A stretch of 62,067 nucleotides of DNA, filler included, from Thermodesulfobacteriota bacterium (lineage in GTDB: Bacteria; DASVDK01): assembly GCA_036381125.1 (NCBI GenBank). It is 5 parts of 5 records of this genome, joined end to end, with 100 filler letters (N's around TTAATTAATTAA, not from the genome) between each part and the next. Parts side by side here need not be neighbours in the genome. Positions count along the whole stretch, not along the records: positions 38,871 to 58,419 come from DASVDK010000056.1; positions 58,520 to 62,067 come from DASVDK010000058.1; 3 more parts are not named here. One strand, written 5' to 3'. Made by a program: the position numbers and the translations under genes. Below the pieces are notes generated by a model that saw only the letters and a program-made list of their open reading frames with translations, was not told where the DNA came from and made no database searches. Below, piece by piece: positions 54,988 through 62,067 of the stretch; the first letter of the stretch is position 1; each line of letters opens with the position of its first letter.

Positions 54988-56328
54988 GTGCTCGCCCGCA
55001 CGGGGCGTCTGCTCGTCCGGGCCGCGCGGCGCTTCCACGCCGACGACGCCTCCACGCGCGCGGCGGCACTCACGTTCCGCACGCTCCTCTCGATCGTTCC
55101 CTTCCTCGCCGTCTTCTTCGCCGTCCTGAGCGCCTTCGGGCCCTTCGCCCGCACCGAGGCGCGGCTCGAGGCCTTCCTCCTCGAGCACCTGCTGCCCGGC
55201 ACCGCCCGGGCGGCGATCGCGCACCTCACGCGGCTCACCGAGAAGACGGCGGCGGTCGGCGCCGTCGGCTTCGTCGCCCTCGTCGCGACCTCGCTCCTGC
55301 TCCTCGGCGCCATCGAGGACGCCTTCCGGCACATCCACCGGCTCCCCGAGGGCCGGTCGTTCCGCCAGCGGCTCCTGTCCTACTGGACCACGCTCACCGT
55401 GGCGCCGCTCCTCTTCGGCGTCTCGATCTACCTGTCCGGCGCCGCCACGCGGCTGTCGCCGCGCCTCGTCCCCGACGCCCTGCTCGACATCCTGCGCAGC
55501 GGCGAGATCCTGTGGGGCTACCTGGTCCCGCTCCTCGTGAGCACCGGCGCCTTCACGCTCGGCTACCTCGTGCTGCCGGCCGCGAGCGTGCGCCTCGCGC
55601 CGGCCCTGGCGGGCGGCGCGACGGCCGGCCTGCTCTGGGAGGCGGGCAAGGCGGCGTTCGACTGGTACGTCCGTCGCTTCGCGTCGTTCGAGCAGGTCTA
55701 CGGCGCACTGGCCCTCGTCCCGATCTTCCTCCTCTGGGTCCAGGTCACCTGGCTGATCGTGCTCTTCGGCGCCGAGGTGGCCTACTGCGCGCAGCACCCG
55801 GACCCCGGCCCCGAGACGGCGCCCGCGAGGCGCGACGGCCCGGCGCGGGGGCCGCTGGCCGCCCGCGTCCTCTGGTCGGTGGCCCGCGAGTTCACGGCCG
55901 GCCGGCCGCGGCCGACCGTCGCCGGCGTGGCGGCCGAGCTGTCGGTGGAGGCGGAGGCGGTCGAGCGTGCGGTCGGCGCCCTGGAGCGGGCCGGGCTCGT
56001 GGCGCGCGTCGCCGAGCCGGGCGACGCCGAGGGGGGCACGGGGCTCCTGCCCGCCAGGCCGCTCGATCAGGTGACGGTGGCCGACGCCCTCCGCGCGGGC
56101 GAGGCGGAGGGGGGCGGTCTCGCCGAGGGCGCCGAGGCCGAGGAGCCGCTGCTGGGGCTCCTCCGCGCCGCCGCCGGTGAGGTCGAGGAGCGGCTCGGGC
56201 GAGAGACCTACGCGAGCCTCGCCTCGCGGTGGCAGGCGCGACAGCGCGCGCACGAGGCGGCCGGCGCGATCGGGATGGCCGAGCCGGCCACCCTGCCCGA
56301 AGGGCTCGTGGAGGGCCGTGAGCCGTGA
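54988..56328 (+). CDS. YihY/BrkB family inner membrane protein with C-terminal winged helix
   Basis: AAALTF.TLLSIVP, YG.LAL.PIFLLW..V.WLIVLFGAE; C-terminal L..AGLV..PARP..VTVAD. Confidence 0.9.
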   Translation: MLARTGRLLVRAARRFHADDASTRAAALTFRTLLSIVPFLAVFFAVLSAFGPFARTEARLEAFLLEHLLPGTARAAIAHLTRLTEKTAAVGAVGFVALVATSLLLLGAIEDAFRHIHRLPEGRSFRQRLLSYWTTLTVAPLLFGVSIYLSGAATRLSPRLVPDALLDILRSGEILWGYLVPLLVSTGAFTLGYLVLPAASVRLAPALAGGATAGLLWEAGKAAFDWYVRRFASFEQVYGALALVPIFLLWVQVTWLIVLFGAEVAYCAQHPDPGPETAPARRDGPARGPLAARVLWSVAREFTAGRPRPTVAGVAAELSVEAEAVERAVGALERAGLVARVAEPGDAEGGTGLLPARPLDQVTVADALRAGEAEGGGLAEGAEAEEPLLGLLRAAAGEVEERLGRETYASLASRWQARQRAHEAAGAIGMAEPATLPEGLVEGREP

Positions 56329-57506
56329 TCGGCGAGGCCGCGGAGGGAGCGATCCGCATCGCGCTGCCGCCGCTCGTCGCCGTCCGCGAGGCGGCGCTCG
56401 GGCGGGGGCGCGCCGAGGCGGACCAGGCGGTGCGCGACGCGCTGGCCGAGACGGCGGCCGCCGTCCCCGCCTCGCCGGCCGTCTACGTGCTCCGCGACAG
56501 CGCCGGGACGCCGCTGACCGTGAGCCACACGGCCGACCTGCGGGCGCGCCTGCTCAAGGCGGACGCGCCGGTCGTGGCGGCCGCCGCCCTCGAGTACGCG
56601 CCTTGCGTCTCGGCCTTCGACGCGGCGCTCAGGCACCTCGGCTGGCTCCGAGCCCTCGAGCCGGACCGCTACGGCCCCTGGCTGCCGTATCCGACCCCCT
56701 ACTTCCTCCGCCTCGACCTCGGCGCGCGGTTCCCGCGGTTCGAGCCGACGGACGTCCCCGACTTCGCGCCGGGCGTCCGCCTCTTCGGGCCCTACCCGAC
56801 GCGCGCGGCCCTCGAGCAGGCCGAGACCGCCCTCTACGCGGCGCTGCCGCTGCGCCGCTGCACCTGGGACGTGCAGGGACACGACGTGGACGAGTCGTGC
56901 ATCTACCTCCAGATGCGCCGCTGCGCCGCGCCCTGCACGGGCGACGTCCCGCCCGACGCCTACCGGCGGCTCGTCGACGCCGGCGCGGACCTGCTCGAGG
57001 GCCGCCCGGAGCGGGCCGCAGCCGACCTGACGGCGCGCCGCGACGCCGCCGCCGGCACGCTGGCGTTCGAGGAGGCGGCCCGCCTGCAGGCCGCGCTCGA
57101 CCGCCTCGGCCGCGAGACGCCGCCGCCCGCGTTCGACCTCGCCCGCTGGACGGTGGCCGTGCTGTCCGGGGTCCGCAAGGGGGAGGGCGGGGCCAGAACG
57201 GTGGCGGTCGCCGGCTTCCGCGCCGGCCGCTTCGTGCACGAGGCGTCGATCGACCCGGCCGCCGAGGGCCTCGAGGCGCGGTGCGCCGCCCTCGCCGCCG
57301 CGATCGCCGCCGCGCCCGAGCCGCCGCCCGGCGCGGCGGGGACGGCAACCAGGGCCCGGGCCGAGGAGTCGGCCCTCCTGGTGGCCTGGCTCTCGCGCGC
57401 CCGGCCGCCGGCGGCGGTGGCCGTCGACCCGGCCGCGCCCGAAGCGGCCGGCGCCCCGCTCGCCGAGGCGATCCGGGCCCTTACGGCGCCGCGGCGGCGT
57501 CGCTGA
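56325..57506 (+). CDS. UvrC/Cho-like protein with degenerate GIY-YIG domain, Cys cluster and UVR domain
   Basis: PASPAVYVLRD..LTVSHTADLRARL; LRRC..CIYLQMRRCAAPC; AA..LAFEEAARL. Confidence 0.78.
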   Translation: MIGEAAEGAIRIALPPLVAVREAALGRGRAEADQAVRDALAETAAAVPASPAVYVLRDSAGTPLTVSHTADLRARLLKADAPVVAAAALEYAPCVSAFDAALRHLGWLRALEPDRYGPWLPYPTPYFLRLDLGARFPRFEPTDVPDFAPGVRLFGPYPTRAALEQAETALYAALPLRRCTWDVQGHDVDESCIYLQMRRCAAPCTGDVPPDAYRRLVDAGADLLEGRPERAAADLTARRDAAAGTLAFEEAARLQAALDRLGRETPPPAFDLARWTVAVLSGVRKGEGGARTVAVAGFRAGRFVHEASIDPAAEGLEARCAALAAAIAAAPEPPPGAAGTATRARAEESALLVAWLSRARPPAAVAVDPAAPEAAGAPLAEAIRALTAPRRRR

Positions 57507-57645
57507 CGCGACTTTCCCCTTGCCAACCCGGGTGCCGATTGGGTATTCCTCAAGCCTCTTCACGCGCCGAGGGCGAGGCCGGATTCCGGGGCCTTCGCCC
57601 CCGACCGGCATCGAGCAGCGCGACGCGGGAGGATCGGAGGATCCC

Positions 57646-58419
57646 ATGTCATCGGGTCGTCGCAGGGTCCTCATCGTCGACGACGACGAGAGCACCGTCG
57701 AGGTTCTGAAGCGGTTTCTCCTCACGAAGGGCTTCGAGACGGTCGAGGCGAAGGACGGGCAGAGCGCCATCGACCTGGCAAAGCGGATCCGCCCCGACCT
57801 GATCCTCCTGGACATCATGATGCCCGACCTGTCGGGCGACGTCGTCTGCAAGGCGCTCAAGGACGATCCGGAGACGGCGGCCGTTCCCGTGATCATGACG
57901 ACCGCCAAGCGCGAGCGCGAGGACCTCATCAACGGCCTCGACGTGGGCGCCGACGACTACGTGCGCAAGCCCTTCGACGTCTACGAGCTCCTCGCGCGCA
58001 TCAAGGCGCACCTCCGGGTGCGCGACCTCTACCGCAAGCTCGAGGCGAGCCACGTGGCCGCGCTCGTCGACTTCCTGCACACGCTGCCCAGGGGGGCCGG
58101 CGTGCCGGCCGTCCTCGAGGCGACGCTCGGCCGCCTCGGGCGGACCTTCGACGTGGCGCACGGGGCCGTCGTGCTCCTCGAGGGGGCGGACCGCGAGCGC
58201 GGCGTCGTCGTCGCCGCGAGCGCCGACGGTCGCCTCGTGCCCGGCGAGATCGAGCTGGCCGCGCTGCCGGAGGTGCTCCGGGCGGCCGAGAGCGGCGAGG
58301 TCGTGGTCGAGGACGCGGCCGAGGGACGGGCGGCGGTCGCGATCCCGGCCGTCCTCGGCGATCGCCCGGTGGCCGTCTTCCGGATCCGCACCTCCACCGA
58401 GCGGGGCCTCGGCCCCGCC
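57646..58419 (+). CDS. Response regulator receiver + GAF-like domain (3' truncated)
   Basis: VLIVDDD, LILLDIMMP, GADDYVRKPF; GGAGG RBS. Confidence 0.9.
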
Positions 58420-58519
58420 NNNNNNNNNNNNNNNNNNNNNNNNNNNNNNNNNNNNNNNNNNNNTTAATTAATTAANNNNNNNNNNNNNNNNNNNNNNNNN
58501 NNNNNNNNNNNNNNNNNNN
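58420..58519. other. Artificial contig linker
   Basis: N44-TTAATTAATTAA-N44. Confidence 0.99.
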
Positions 58520-58625
58520 CGCGAGCGGCAGCGCCAGCAGCTCGGCCTCGCTCACCCACGCGATCTCCTCGTGCTCGAGGCAGGCGGGCTCGCCCTCGAT
58601 CTCGACCGGCAGGAACTCGATCACG
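58520..58625 (+). repeat. 106-bp direct repeat, copy 1 (contig start)
   Basis: Identical to 61962-62067. Confidence 0.95.
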
Positions 58626-58855
58626 AAGTGGGAGCCGGGGTCCTCGATGGCCAGCTCGGCGGCGCCGACGGCGGTGACGGTCACCCCCAGCTCCTCGCGC
58701 AGCTCGCGGGCGGCGGCGTGGAACGCGCTCTCGCCGGGCTCGACCTTGCCGCCGGGGAACTCCCAGAGGCCGCCATGGCGCTTGTGCGCGGGACGACGGC
58801 AGAGGAGGAGGCGGTGGTCGCGGCGGATCACGGAGGCGACGACGCGGACGCGCAT
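58520..58855 (-). CDS. NUDIX hydrolase (MutT/NudG-like), 5' part
   Basis: GLWEFPGGKVEPGES...AARELREELG NUDIX box. Confidence 0.93.
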
Positions 58856-58981
58856 GCGGCGGCGGTGATCGGGGAACGACGGTCGGCGACGGTGGAAGGA
58901 TAACCGGGGGATCCGACACCGGCCAGGCGGGCGCGGCGGGGCCGCCGCGACCACGGCGCAGCGCCGGTCGCTATCGGGCGC

Positions 58982-59353
58982 TTACTTCCGGCCGCGGGCC
59001 GCCAGCCCGAGGTCCGCGGCCACCGCCGCGAGCCGGCGGTCGCGCGTCCAGAGCCGCACCGTACCGGCAAGCGCCGCCGAGGCGAGAAGGTGCACGTCGA
59101 TGTAGCCGATCCCACGTCCCATCAGCGCCCGCCGCTCGATGAACTCCAGCGCCTCCTCGTCCGTGGCGACCGGAACGCCGGGAAGCCGGGCGAGCAGCTC
59201 CAGCACCTCGCGACGATTTCGCAGCGTGCCACACGCCAGCTCGCCCAGCACGAACGGATGGATGCAGACCTCGACCGCCTCCAGCGCGGCCGCCAGCGCG
59301 GCATCACCCCGCCTCAGGTGATCCACCCAGACGGAGGTGTCGACGAGGATCAC
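58982..59353 (-). CDS. vapC: VapC PIN-domain toxin
   Basis: ILVDTSVWVDHL, VLGELACG, GIGYIDVHLLASA, LWTRD. Confidence 0.93.
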   Translation of the reverse strand: MILVDTSVWVDHLRRGDAALAAALEAVEVCIHPFVLGELACGTLRNRREVLELLARLPGVPVATDEEALEFIERRALMGRGIGYIDVHLLASAALAGTVRLWTRDRRLAAVAADLGLAARGRK

Positions 59354-59547
59354 TCGCCCGCAGCCCGCCGGCGCGGCGCCGGCTGGAGGTCTGGTTCCGT
59401 CCCCCCGAGGCGGGCGAGACGACGGGCGCTCTCCCGCTCGATCAGCGCGCGCAGCCCCTCGTGGACGAGCGCCGTCCGCTCCTTCATCCCGGTCAGCCGC
59501 TGCGCCTCGCGCAGCAGGTGGTCGTCGAGGTTGATCGTGGTTCGCAT
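59350..59547 (-). CDS. vapB: VapB antitoxin (ribbon-helix-helix)
   Basis: MRTTINLDD.LL.EA..LTG..ERTALV.EGL; GTGA overlap with vapC. Confidence 0.92.
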   Translation of the reverse strand: MRTTINLDDHLLREAQRLTGMKERTALVHEGLRALIERESARRLARLGGTEPDLQPAPRRRAAGE

Positions 59548-59698
59548 GCTGGCTCCATGCAGCGGGATATGCATGCAAGATACATCGATCAATGCCTGTC
59601 CGAAATGCCTCGAGCGGCCACGACAAGGCGAGATCCGGCCGACGAAGCGGGCGGGCCATGGGTGTCGCCGGCGCGCCGTCGAGCGGACTTGCGCGATC

Positions 59699-59732
59699 CA
59701 TAACCGACGTGTTATATAAAGGCGTGGTTATG
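59699..59732 (+). promoter_or_regulatory. Putative ArsR operator overlapping the promoter
   Basis: Inverted repeat CATAACC...GGTTATG around TATATAAA and ending on the ATG; TTGCGC upstream. Confidence 0.6.
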
Positions 59733-60077
59733 ATGACGCCGGATGCCGACCTCCTCGACGCGACGTTCTTCGCGCTCGCCGACCCGACCCGTCGGGCGAT
59801 CCTGGCGCGGCTCGCCACGGGCGAGGCGTCGGTGGCCGAGCTGGCCGAGCCGTTCGAGATCAGCCAGCCGGCCATCTCGAAGCACCTGAAGGTCCTCGAG
59901 CGCGCGGGCCTGGTCTCGGTGGACCGGGACGGTACCCGCCGGGTTCGCCGCCTCGAGACCGCGCCGCTGGACGCCGCGAGCGAGTGGATCGCCCGGTACC
60001 GGGACCTCTGGGAGTCGCAGTTCCGTCGCCTGGACACGGTGTTGGACGAGCTGAAGGCCGCGCGGCGATCCGATTGA
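59730..60077 (+). CDS. ArsR/SmtB family regulator
   Basis: F.ALADPTRRAILARL, ISQPAISKHLKVLERAGLV. Confidence 0.93.
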   Translation: MMTPDADLLDATFFALADPTRRAILARLATGEASVAELAEPFEISQPAISKHLKVLERAGLVSVDRDGTRRVRRLETAPLDAASEWIARYRDLWESQFRRLDTVLDELKAARRSD

Positions 60078-60112
60078 CCCCCACCCCGAAGCCCACGAGA
60101 GGAGAGACGCCC

Positions 60113-60628
60113 ATGGTGACCACCCTCCCCGACACCGCGCAGGTCTCCCTGCCCGGCGACACCCAGGTCAGCGTCAAACGGGCGTTCCGCGCGCCCCGCG
60201 AGCTGGTTTGGGAGGCCTACACGACCCCCGAGCTGGTTCGGCGCTGGCTCACCGGCTACCCCGGGTGGACGATGACGGTGTGCGAGATGGACGTGCGCGC
60301 GGGTGGGACGTTCCGCTGGCGCTGGCGCAACGACGCCGACGGGCAGGAGTTCGGCTTCTACGGCGAGTACCTCGAGGTCGACGCGCCCGCCCGCCTCCAC
60401 AACACCGAGGCCTTCGACCCCGGCGACGTCGGCGGGAGCATGGGCGCCGAGCCGGCCCTCATCACGGTGACGTTCGAGGAGCACGACGGGGCGACCGTGA
60501 TGACCACGCTCATCGAGTACGACTCCCGGGCCAGCCGCGACGAGGCGCTCGCCACCGGCATGACCGACGGCATGGAGTGGGGCTACAAGAACCTGGACCA
60601 GGTCCTGGCCGCGAGGCAGGAGGTCTGA
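60113..60628 (+). CDS. SRPBCC/AHSA1 domain protein
   Basis: R.F.APRELVWEAYT.PEL..RW, CEMDVR.GG.FRW; AGGAGA RBS. Confidence 0.92.
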   Translation: MVTTLPDTAQVSLPGDTQVSVKRAFRAPRELVWEAYTTPELVRRWLTGYPGWTMTVCEMDVRAGGTFRWRWRNDADGQEFGFYGEYLEVDAPARLHNTEAFDPGDVGGSMGAEPALITVTFEEHDGATVMTTLIEYDSRASRDEALATGMTDGMEWGYKNLDQVLAARQEV

Positions 60629-60637
60629 TCGCGGAAC

Positions 60638-60678
60638 GGGGACCCTGCCGGCCACCCGCGGCGTCCGGCAGGGTCCCC
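60638..60678. terminator. Hairpin between convergent genes
   Basis: 14-bp perfect stem GGGGACCCTGCCGG / CCGGCAGGGTCCCC; no U-tract. Confidence 0.55.
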
Positions 60679-60692
60679 TCGGCGCGCGTCGG

Positions 60693-61610
60693 TCACGGGC
60701 GGACGCGGATGACCGTCTTCCCCGGGCGTCGCTCGGTCGGGTTGAAGGCGGCGACGGCGTCGTCGAGGGGCGCGATGGTGCCGATGTTCGGCCGCAGGCG
60801 GCCGTCACGCACGCGCTGGACGATCTCGCCGAGTTGGGCGCGGTCGGCCTCGACGACGAAGTCGATCGCCCGGCCGTCGGCGGGACGTGCCTCGGGCGGG
60901 CCGACGATCGACACCAGCGTCCCTCCGGGGCGAATCAGGGCGGCGGAGCGCTTGCCGATGTCGCCGCCGATGACGTCGAAGACCAGATCGACGGCGCCGA
61001 CATCCTCCAGGGCGTCGTGCTCGAGGTCGACGAATTCCTGCGCGCCGAAGTCGAGCGCCCGCCTGCGGTCGGCGGCGCGGCCGGTGCCGATGACGTGGGC
61101 GCCGGCCGATCGTGCGAGCTGCGCCACCATCGACCCGACCGCACCGGCCGCGCCGTGGGCGATCACGCTCTGGCCCGGCTGAAGGCGGCCGTGCACGAAC
61201 AGGCCCTGCCACGCGGTCAGGCCGGAGATCGGCAGGCTCGCCGCCACGGTGAAGTCGACGTCGGCGGGGAGCGGCGCGAGGTTGCGGGCCTCGACGGCCG
61301 TGATCTCGGCCAGGGTGCCGTCGCGCGTCCAGTCCGTGAGGCCGAACACCCGCTGCCCCACCGACAGCCCCGTCGTGCCGTAGCCGAGAGCGGCGACGAC
61401 TCCGGCCAGCTCGTGCCCGGGGATCGACGGCGTCCGGTCGCGGCCGAGGCGATCGGTCCAGGTCGAGGGCCAACGCAGCTCGGTCCCGACGAATCCCGAC
61501 GCATGGACCCGGACGACGACGTCGTTGATCGCCGCCCGCGGCTCCGGCCGCTCCACCAGCGTCATCCCGGCCGTTCCCGCGGCCTGGTCCGTCACGACGA
61601 TCGCCTTCAT
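60693..61610 (-). CDS. NADP-dependent oxidoreductase (MDR/quinone reductase-like)
   Basis: IPGHELAGVV, GLTAWQGL, HGAAGAVG, DLVFDVIGG. Confidence 0.92.
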   Translation of the reverse strand: MKAIVVTDQAAGTAGMTLVERPEPRAAINDVVVRVHASGFVGTELRWPSTWTDRLGRDRTPSIPGHELAGVVAALGYGTTGLSVGQRVFGLTDWTRDGTLAEITAVEARNLAPLPADVDFTVAASLPISGLTAWQGLFVHGRLQPGQSVIAHGAAGAVGSMVAQLARSAGAHVIGTGRAADRRRALDFGAQEFVDLEHDALEDVGAVDLVFDVIGGDIGKRSAALIRPGGTLVSIVGPPEARPADGRAIDFVVEADRAQLGEIVQRVRDGRLRPNIGTIAPLDDAVAAFNPTERRPGKTVIRVRP

Positions 61611-61907
61611 GGGGATTGGCTCCTCGGTCATTCGTCCCGTTGGCGGGAGCCTCGCGGGGATGGAACGCCCGTTCGGCATCGAAGCCGGAGGTGACCGTTC
61701 AGCGGCTCGACGGGAGGCGGGGAGCGGGGGCGTTCAGCCGGTGCGCGACGATCGCGTTGGCCGGGGATTCGAGCGGATCCCGTCCCTGTTGCCGGCAGGC
61801 GGCAACGACCGTGAGCAGCGGCGAGTCCCCCGCATTCGCCGCGCCATGTCACCCGCGCCGGGCGCTCCGCCGCGGGCTGGACGGTTGCGGATGTCCGGTG
61901 GTCACGT

Positions 61908-62067
61908 TCACCGCGTCTCCGGCAGCCCCAGCCGGTGCAGCGCGTAACGCCGGTCGCTCGGCGCGAGCGGCAGCGCCAGCAGCTCGGCCTCGCTCACCCA
62001 CGCGATCTCCTCGTGCTCGAGGCAGGCGGGCTCGCCCTCGATCTCGACCGGCAGGAACTCGATCACG
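61908..62067 (-). CDS. NUDIX hydrolase, 3' part (completes 58520-58855)
   Basis: ..VIEFLPVEIEGEPACLEHEEIAWVSEAELLALPLAPSDRRYALHRLGLPETR*, stop at 61908-61910. Confidence 0.88.
   Translation of the reverse strand, partial: VIEFLPVEIEGEPACLEHEEIAWVSEAELLALPLAPSDRRYALHRLGLPETR
61962..62067 (+). repeat. 106-bp direct repeat, copy 2 (window end)
   Basis: Identical to 58520-58625. Confidence 0.95.

Noticed and set aside
25452-58519. Four identical TTAATTAATTAA motifs within N runs
   Set aside because: Artificial contig-joining linkers, not biological repeats. ORFs running into them and gene adjacency across them were disregarded.
58856-61907. Integron cassette array in the last contig
   Set aside because: Genes are in mixed orientation and I found no repeated attC-like sites or integrase.

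Overview
The window is five very GC-rich bacterial contigs (MAG-like) joined by artificial 100-nt N..TTAATTAATTAA..N linkers at 25452-25551, 29248-29347, 38771-38870 and 58420-58519, so adjacency across linkers means nothing. Contig 1 carries miaB-DUF151-TPR-GH57-cobT, a Zn-peptidase/ATP-grasp pair, pcs, a complete alternative complex III operon (actABCDEF), ino1, csp/Crp, CDF, FAH, pyrD-LysR and a truncated HNH-family gene. Its standout is a VKOR-thioredoxin fusion that the ORF track splits: an in-frame TGA sits at the first Cys of the Trx active site (YGAYW-U-PAC) and is followed by a SECIS-like hairpin, making it a candidate selenocysteine-containing disulfide-forming enzyme just upstream of the ACIII operon. 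Contig 2 has purM-purN and neighbours. Contig 3 is a Mu-like contractile tail operon with a -1 frameshifted chaperone and a gp46 fused to a ~400-aa fibre-like domain. Contig 4 has ftsK (partial), rnj, plsC, ssb, an ABC/TAXI transporter cluster, uvrA, MoxR-DUF58-transglutaminase, yihY, a degenerate UvrC-like gene and a response regulator. Contig 5 has identical 106-bp ends that reconstitute a NUDIX gene (3,442-bp circular or tandem unit) and carries vapBC, arsR-SRPBCC and an oxidoreductase. All calls come from reading motifs by eye; no searches were run.
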